Positions 46,265-51,074 of a stretch of DNA of 51,074 bases are shown one piece after another. This DNA is from Methanobacteriota archaeon. GTDB taxonomy: Archaea > Thermoplasmatota > Thermoplasmata > RBG-16-68-12. The position numbers were made by a program, and so were the translations under genes. Position 1 is the first letter of the stretch. Each line of letters starts with the position of its first letter. The stretch covers positions 1 through 51,074 of the forward strand of contig VBMN01000073.1 in the NCBI GenBank assembly GCA_005878385.1. Direction: 5' to 3'. The notes beneath the pieces were generated by a model. That model was not told the origin of the DNA and made no database searches. It saw only the letters and a program-made list of their open reading frames with translations.

Positions 46265-46984
46265 CTATGACGTCCCGGTGACGGCGCGGGTGACCTCGAA
46301 GCCGCCTTCCTCGAACGAGAGGGCGTAGTATCCGGTCTCGTGCTTCGTCGACCGCATCTTCACGACCCGGAGGCGTCGCTGGACGAAGAGGTCGGACGTG
46401 GGATGCATCTCAAGGGCGATGATGCCGTCCGCCAGGTAGGCCTCCTCCGGCGGGGCCGTCCCGCCCCCGAACGTGAGCGGTCGCTCCGAGATCAGGAACG
46501 TGAGCGGGCCGAGGTCCCGCAGCCACTCGAAGAGGAAGTACAACTCGGCCCGGCGGTCTTGCATCTTCGCCATCGTCTCGAGGACGTCGAGGGAATCGAC
46601 GACGAGGACGGAGATCGAATCCGCCTTCATCACGTTGTTGCAGTACATCTTGAAAAGCTCGAGCCAGGTGCCCCGCCCCTGGAGGTAGTTCAAGTTCTTT
46701 CGGATGCTCCCCATGTCGAGGGTCGTGATGTGTCGGGACGCGCGCTCGTCGGCCATGCCCAGGGACGCCATGTGTTCCAGCGTCAGGTCCTTCCCCTGCT
46801 CCAGGGTGAAGTACGCGGACTTGCGGCCGTCGCGGAGAGCGTTCTGATAGAGGATCGAGTAGGCGAAGGACGACTTCATCGTCCCAGGAGCGCCGTTCAG
46901 GAGGACGACGAATCCATCCGGGATTCCGCCGCCAATCACATCGTCCAGGCTTCGCGCGTACGTCTTGATGCGATTCCGCTCCGT
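46265..46984 (-). CDS. Single-domain KaiC-like (RecA-superfamily) ATPase; probable ACG start
   Basis: LDDVIGGGIP, Walker A GAPGTMKSS, TLEQ, Walker B VLVVDSL, YLADGII, RRLRVVKMRSTKH. Confidence 0.88.
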   Translation of the reverse strand, partial: TERNRIKTYARSLDDVIGGGIPDGFVVLLNGAPGTMKSSFAYSILYQNALRDGRKSAYFTLEQGKDLTLEHMASLGMADERASRHITTLDMGSIRKNLNYLQGRGTWLELFKMYCNNVMKADSISVLVVDSLDVLETMAKMQDRRAELYFLFEWLRDLGPLTFLISERPLTFGGGTAPPEEAYLADGIIALEMHPTSDLFVQRRLRVVKMRSTKHETGYYALSFEEGGFEVTRAVTGTS

Positions 46985-47092
46985 CGGTCGACCTCCGAAA
47001 GGCGGATGCAGGGGCCCGACACGTAAGCCTTTCCCTCCCGTTCGCGCGTTGCGCACAATCTTCAAATAGACTTGGACCGGTGGTGCCGCGCG

Positions 47093-47713
47093 TTGGCGGA
47101 CGATGTCCTTGGCGCCATCGCCGCGACGGCGCGTGTGATCGGGGCCCTCGTGCTCCTGTTCTTCCTTCCTGGCTACCTGCTGATCAACGCCCTCTATCCG
47201 CGAAAAGGGGAACTGGACCGGGAGTACGATGGGCTGTACCGACTCACCCTCGGCATCGTCCTGTCGATCGCGGTGACGGTGTTCTGGTCGTTCTTGCTGA
47301 ACTCGTTCGGCGTGAACGGGTCGACGGGACTCGGGTATGTCGTCGGGCCGAACATCGCGGGCGGGCTCATCGGACTCTCGGCGGCGTTCTTCGGCCTCGG
47401 GTGGTGGCGGGGAGCGTATCCCTGGATGGCTCGCCTCCACCCCGCCCTCGCGCGGGTGCCGAAGCCGGGGCCTGGTGAACTGCTCACGGAAGAGGAGAGG
47501 GACCATCGCGTCCGCTTGAAGCTGCAAGAGCTCGCGGAGAAACGAGAGAGTTTGCGGCGGGCAATCAAGGATGCAGAACGCCGGATGCGGATGCAGTCCT
47601 CGGACGCGCGGACCCATTACGAAGAGGTGCGCGACCGCTCCCGCGTGGAACTGAAAGCGGTCGAGGCGAAGCTGAAGGAGCTCGAAGAGGAACGGGCCGC
47701 GGAGCTCTATTGA
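47093..47713 (+). CDS. DUF1616-like membrane protein with C-terminal coiled coil
   Basis: LLFFLPGYLLINALYP...RLTLGIVLSI; three TM segments followed by a charged heptad region. Start uncertain. Confidence 0.75.
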   Translation: MADDVLGAIAATARVIGALVLLFFLPGYLLINALYPRKGELDREYDGLYRLTLGIVLSIAVTVFWSFLLNSFGVNGSTGLGYVVGPNIAGGLIGLSAAFFGLGWWRGAYPWMARLHPALARVPKPGPGELLTEEERDHRVRLKLQELAEKRESLRRAIKDAERRMRMQSSDARTHYEEVRDRSRVELKAVEAKLKELEEERAAELY

Positions 47714-47724
47714 GGGGCGGGCCC

Positions 47725-48078
47725 ATGGAGTACAAGCTCGTAATCGCGGTGCGCTCCGACCTCGAGCTGTCGCGGGGCAAGCTGGCGGTCCAGGTCGCCC
47801 ACGCCTCCGTGATGGCGGCCTTCGACGCGAAGGCCCGTCACCGGAAATGGTTCGCGGAATGGTGGGCGGAGGGCCAGAAGAAGGTCGTTGTGAAGGGCGG
47901 CACCCTCGCCGATCTCCACGCCCTCCGGACCAAAGCGCGGTCGATGGGACTCACGACCGCGCTCGTGGAGGACGCCGGCCTCACGGAGCTCCCTCCCGGG
48001 ACGGTCACTTGCTTGGGGATCGGTCCCGGTCCGAACGCGATCGTGGACCAGGTCACGGGCGGCCTGAAGCTGATGTAA
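47725..48078 (+). CDS. pth2: Peptidyl-tRNA hydrolase 2
   Basis: GKLAVQVAHA, GQKKVV, DAGLTELPPGTVTCLGIGP. Confidence 0.96.
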   Translation: MEYKLVIAVRSDLELSRGKLAVQVAHASVMAAFDAKARHRKWFAEWWAEGQKKVVVKGGTLADLHALRTKARSMGLTTALVEDAGLTELPPGTVTCLGIGPGPNAIVDQVTGGLKLM

Positions 48079-48650
48079 TGAAGGCGAAATCCCGGTTCCT
48101 CGGGATCGACGACGGGCCGTTCCATTTCTCCGACGAATCCGTGCCGATCGTCGGTGTCGTCGTGCAGGCTCCGTCGTACATCGAAGGCGTCCTGACGACG
48201 GTCGCGGAGGTCGACGGCCACGACGGGACGGACCGGATTGCCGCGATGGTGGCCGGCTCACGCCATCGAGCGGGCCTCGCACTCATCATGCTCGACGGAA
48301 CCGCAGTCGGCGGGTTCAACGTGATCGACATGGATGCCCTCCATGCGAAAGTCGGCCGCCCGGTCGCGACGATCACCCGACACAAGCCGGACCTGGCGGC
48401 GATCGAGAGAGCCCTCCGTCGTCGCTTCGACGACTGGGAGGACCGGTTTCGGATCATGCGCCGTCACCAGGTCGAAGGAGTCCGAGTACGCCAGGGAACG
48501 CTCTGGGTTTCGTACGTCGGGACGGACCGAGCTGCGGTGCAAGAGGCCCTCGCCTTGACCACGGTCCGCGGGGTCCTCCCGGAGCCGCTCCGCATCGCGC
48601 ATCTCATCGCGGGAGGCATCACGCGAGGGGAATCGCGTGGCCGGGCCTGA
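48078..48650 (+). CDS. DUF99 endonuclease V-like protein
   Basis: LGIDDGPF, VDGHDGT, LDGTAVGGFNVID, PEPLRIAHLIA. Confidence 0.88.
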   Translation: MKAKSRFLGIDDGPFHFSDESVPIVGVVVQAPSYIEGVLTTVAEVDGHDGTDRIAAMVAGSRHRAGLALIMLDGTAVGGFNVIDMDALHAKVGRPVATITRHKPDLAAIERALRRRFDDWEDRFRIMRRHQVEGVRVRQGTLWVSYVGTDRAAVQEALALTTVRGVLPEPLRIAHLIAGGITRGESRGRA

Positions 48651-48685
48651 GTCGACCCTGTCGTGACGAGGACCCGCATCATCGG

Positions 48686-49573
48686 TCAGCGATCGTCATG
48701 GAGGCGGAGGAAATTGCCGACCACCTGCATGTACCGATCCCGTTCCTCCCACATGGGAAGGTGCGAGCTCTTCGGGAAGATGACAAGTTTCGAGCCCCGG
48801 ATCCCTCGATGCAAGGTGCGAGCAATTCGCGGCGTGATCTCGTCATAGCGACCGCCCGTGACCAGGGTGGGCGTGCGGATCCTGGGAAGTTGATCCGTGA
48901 TGTCCCAGTATCGCAGCGAGCCATGGACCGCGAACTCGCTGGGCCCCCACATCGTCCGGTATACAGGGAGACTGAGTTCCGCCATCGATTTCGTCAGCTC
49001 GGGTGGCCAGGTCCGAAGGCGACAGATGTGGCGTCGGTAGAAGACCATCGCCGCCCGCTGATAGGCCGGATCGTCGAAGGCCTCTTGTCGTTCCAGCCGA
49101 GCGATCGTCCGCTGCACTCGGGTCGGCAACTGGGTCACCAGGCGGCGGAGTTCGGCGTTCGCCACCGGGACGCTCGGAAGTCCGCTCGCGATGACGAGGC
49201 TCCGCAGGTGCCGTTGGTACTTGAGGGCATAGGCGATCGCGAGCATGCCCCCGTAGCTGTTCCCCAGGAGATGGATCTTGCCAAGGCCCAAGGCTCGGCG
49301 GAATCCCTCCACCTCTTCGACGGCCCGTTCGATCGTGAAGAGGGACGTGCCTTTCGGTCGGTCGCTCGTCCCACATCCGAGCTGGTCATAGAACACGACC
49401 CGGTAGCCGAACCGCGCGAGGTCCGCGAGGCAGGTGAGGTATCCGTGCGGCACGCCCGGACCGCCATGGAGACAGAGCAGGGTGCCCCGATCCGCTGCGC
49501 CGAACGCCTCCCAGGCCAAGCGATATCCCAGGACCTCGGCGCGGCCTTTCGCGGATGGTCGAACCGTTCCCAT
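48686..49573 (-). CDS. pip: Proline iminopeptidase (tricorn factor F1-like alpha/beta hydrolase)
   Basis: LHGGPG, YDQLGCG.S, GNSYGG, GRYD, SSH. Confidence 0.9.
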   Translation of the reverse strand: MGTVRPSAKGRAEVLGYRLAWEAFGAADRGTLLCLHGGPGVPHGYLTCLADLARFGYRVVFYDQLGCGTSDRPKGTSLFTIERAVEEVEGFRRALGLGKIHLLGNSYGGMLAIAYALKYQRHLRSLVIASGLPSVPVANAELRRLVTQLPTRVQRTIARLERQEAFDDPAYQRAAMVFYRRHICRLRTWPPELTKSMAELSLPVYRTMWGPSEFAVHGSLRYWDITDQLPRIRTPTLVTGGRYDEITPRIARTLHRGIRGSKLVIFPKSSHLPMWEERDRYMQVVGNFLRLHDDR

Positions 49574-49627
49574 GGGGATTCGGCCGCGGCCATCGCGGCC
49601 ACCGGGCTATAGTTTTCGGGCCGACCG

Positions 49628-50662
49628 TCAGCGGATGGCGAACCGGAGCAAGGCGGCGATGCCGCCGAGCGCCTCGAGCTTCTGTCCGGCTTCGTGGTGT
49701 CGGCTCACGAGGACGACGGTGCCGCGAGCCGACTCGACGGTCCTCATCATCTCCTCGATCCCGGGATCCCGCACGACCGCGTCGCTCACGAGGAGGGTCT
49801 CAATGGCTCCCGAGTCCGCGGCTTCCTGCACCTCCGCCGGACCGTACGCAACGGGCCGGTCCGTCGCGATCGCCTCCAGGAGTTTCTCGACCAGACGCGT
49901 CTCGATGCCGACGCGGCTGTCCCCGAACACCTTCGCGCCGACGCCGGCCTTGAGGGCTTCCTGGATCCCTTGCATCCCCGGATGGGCGGTCCCGTGGACG
50001 TGCACCTTCGCCGCGAGACCGGGATCGCGGGCCTTGAGAAACTCGACGAACGCCTCGCGGGTGAAACCGGGTCCGACGACCACGAGAGCCTCGCCCAAAT
50101 CGGTCGCCCGGAGCGAGGTCAGGATGTCCTCGAAGAAGGCTGTCCGCGCGTCCCCGGTGGGGAACATCTTCCCGTGGCTCGGAGCGCGGACGGTCGCGAG
50201 CTCCCGCACGCCATACTGGCGCAATTGGGCGGTGAGGGCTTCCTCGTCGTCGAGGGCCAGGAACGCGACGAGCGGCTTCTGTGCCGCCGCGACGGCCTCG
50301 TCGATCCGACGGAGTTCATGCGGCTTCCACGTCTTGAGGATCGAGAGCACGTCCTCCACGCCGATGTTCAGAGTGTGATGGCGACCCAGGTCTTGCGGCC
50401 CCTCGACGATCACGCCCGTGATCCGGATGCGGTCGGAGAACGCCTGGAACTCGACCCCCTCGACCCGGATCGTGAGCGTGACGCGGACCTTCTCCCCGCG
50501 TTCCGGCCGGACCTTGTCCGACTTCACTTCCTCCCGACGGGTCGTGGAGGCGCGCACCAGGTCCCCGGGGAGCAGGAGGTTGTGGAGATGCCACAGGTCA
50601 TCCGGGTTCTCCACGCGGAGCTTGATCTCCCCCGTCTTCGGGTCGCGGTGGAGGACGCGCAT
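49628..50662 (-). CDS. pelA: mRNA surveillance protein pelota (aDom34)
   Basis: DDLWHL, GRHHTL, VGPGF, VAYG, GQKLEALGGIAALLRF. Confidence 0.96.
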   Translation of the reverse strand: MRVLHRDPKTGEIKLRVENPDDLWHLHNLLLPGDLVRASTTRREEVKSDKVRPERGEKVRVTLTIRVEGVEFQAFSDRIRITGVIVEGPQDLGRHHTLNIGVEDVLSILKTWKPHELRRIDEAVAAAQKPLVAFLALDDEEALTAQLRQYGVRELATVRAPSHGKMFPTGDARTAFFEDILTSLRATDLGEALVVVGPGFTREAFVEFLKARDPGLAAKVHVHGTAHPGMQGIQEALKAGVGAKVFGDSRVGIETRLVEKLLEAIATDRPVAYGPAEVQEAADSGAIETLLVSDAVVRDPGIEEMMRTVESARGTVVLVSRHHEAGQKLEALGGIAALLRFAIR

Positions 50663-50722
50663 CGACCTCGGGCCATGGAGGGAGACCGTATTTCTGGATA
50701 TCGAAGGTGGACGGAGGCACGT

Positions 50723-50738
50723 CGTTAGCATGCTAACG
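50723..50738. repeat. Perfect 16-bp palindrome CGTTAGCATGCTAACG
   Basis: Read directly; lies in the divergent intergenic region between pelota and the terminal ORF. Confidence 0.85.
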
Positions 50739-50838
50739 GCGTCCGTACCAGGCGGATGCTCGCTCGGTCGGGAGGACCCGGGGTACTTTCACCGACCCCA
50801 AGTGAAAGGCTATAATATAGCTACACCTATAGAAATGC

Positions 50839-51074
50839 ATGGCGGAAGCACACAGAAGCTCGGATTCCTCGACGGAGACGACCGTCCTGCTGTCGTATGA
50901 CGTGGACGGGAGGGCGCGAGCGCTCTCGGTTCGTGTGGCGCAGTTGATCTTCGGTCGGTCGGATGCGGGTCCCGATGCACCTCCGCCGTTCATCGCACGG
51001 CCAGGGGTCTTGTGGATCGGCCAATCCGTCTTCTTGATGCCATCACCGGTGGCCATGGACCTTGCGGACAGACT
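50839..51074 (+). CDS. Cas2/VapD-like ferredoxin-fold protein, partial (not in the ORF track)
   Basis: MAEAHRSSDSSTETTVLLSYDVDGRARALSVRVAQLIFG...PGVLWIGQSVFLMP...; BRE/TATA GAAAGGCTATAATA at about 50804-50817. Confidence 0.6.
   Translation, partial: MAEAHRSSDSSTETTVLLSYDVDGRARALSVRVAQLIFGRSDAGPDAPPPFIARPGVLWIGQSVFLMPSPVAMDLADR

Noticed and set aside
46265..46984. Circadian clock interpretation of the KaiC-like gene
   Set aside because: Single domain and no kaiA/kaiB in the window; the family is widespread in archaea without a demonstrated clock role.
1..51074. CRISPR array
   Set aside because: No regularly spaced 25-40 bp repeats seen; the window is densely coding with short intergenic gaps.

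Overview
GC-rich archaeal chromosomal segment. The archaeal assignment rests on the 16S rRNA 5' end, TFB, archaeosine TGT, Pcc1, pelota, Pth2 and TATA/BRE promoters; Thermoplasmatota is an inference from gene content. In order, the window holds: the 5' end of a 16S rRNA gene; two tandem Tat-exported Rieske proteins with a UbiA-family prenyltransferase and an MFS transporter; tRNA-Ser plus a GNAT; a Rab-like small GTPase with an extra C-terminal domain; and a large sulfur/Fe-S region (sufB-C-D-U, a degenerate second sufB, sufS, a second U-type protein, cysM, a JAMM protease, and a ubiquitin-like sulfur carrier fused in frame to its E1-rhodanese activator). Next come an A-type carrier, a CCG Fe-S protein, a rubrerythrin-like protein, SufT, split MetE, an isolated nuoB-nuoI pair, a FAD oxidase, TrmB, korAB, tfb, fumC, an ALDH and a Nudix-HAD fusion. 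The last part has a tRNA-modification cluster (mtaB, tRNA-Gln, pcc1, tgtA), a KaiC-like ATPase with a two-component cluster including a REC-DUF835-like-wHTH regulator, pth2, DUF99, proline iminopeptidase, pelota, and a Cas2/VapD-like ORF running off the end. I saw no CRISPR array, transposase or integrase. Best leads: the Ubl-E1 polyprotein with JAMM/CysM/SUF, the KaiC-like/two-component module, the Rieske pair predicted to differ in redox potential, and the Rab-like GTPase. There are also three apparent deletion scars and two probable non-canonical start codons. All calls come from reading motifs by eye; no database searches were run.
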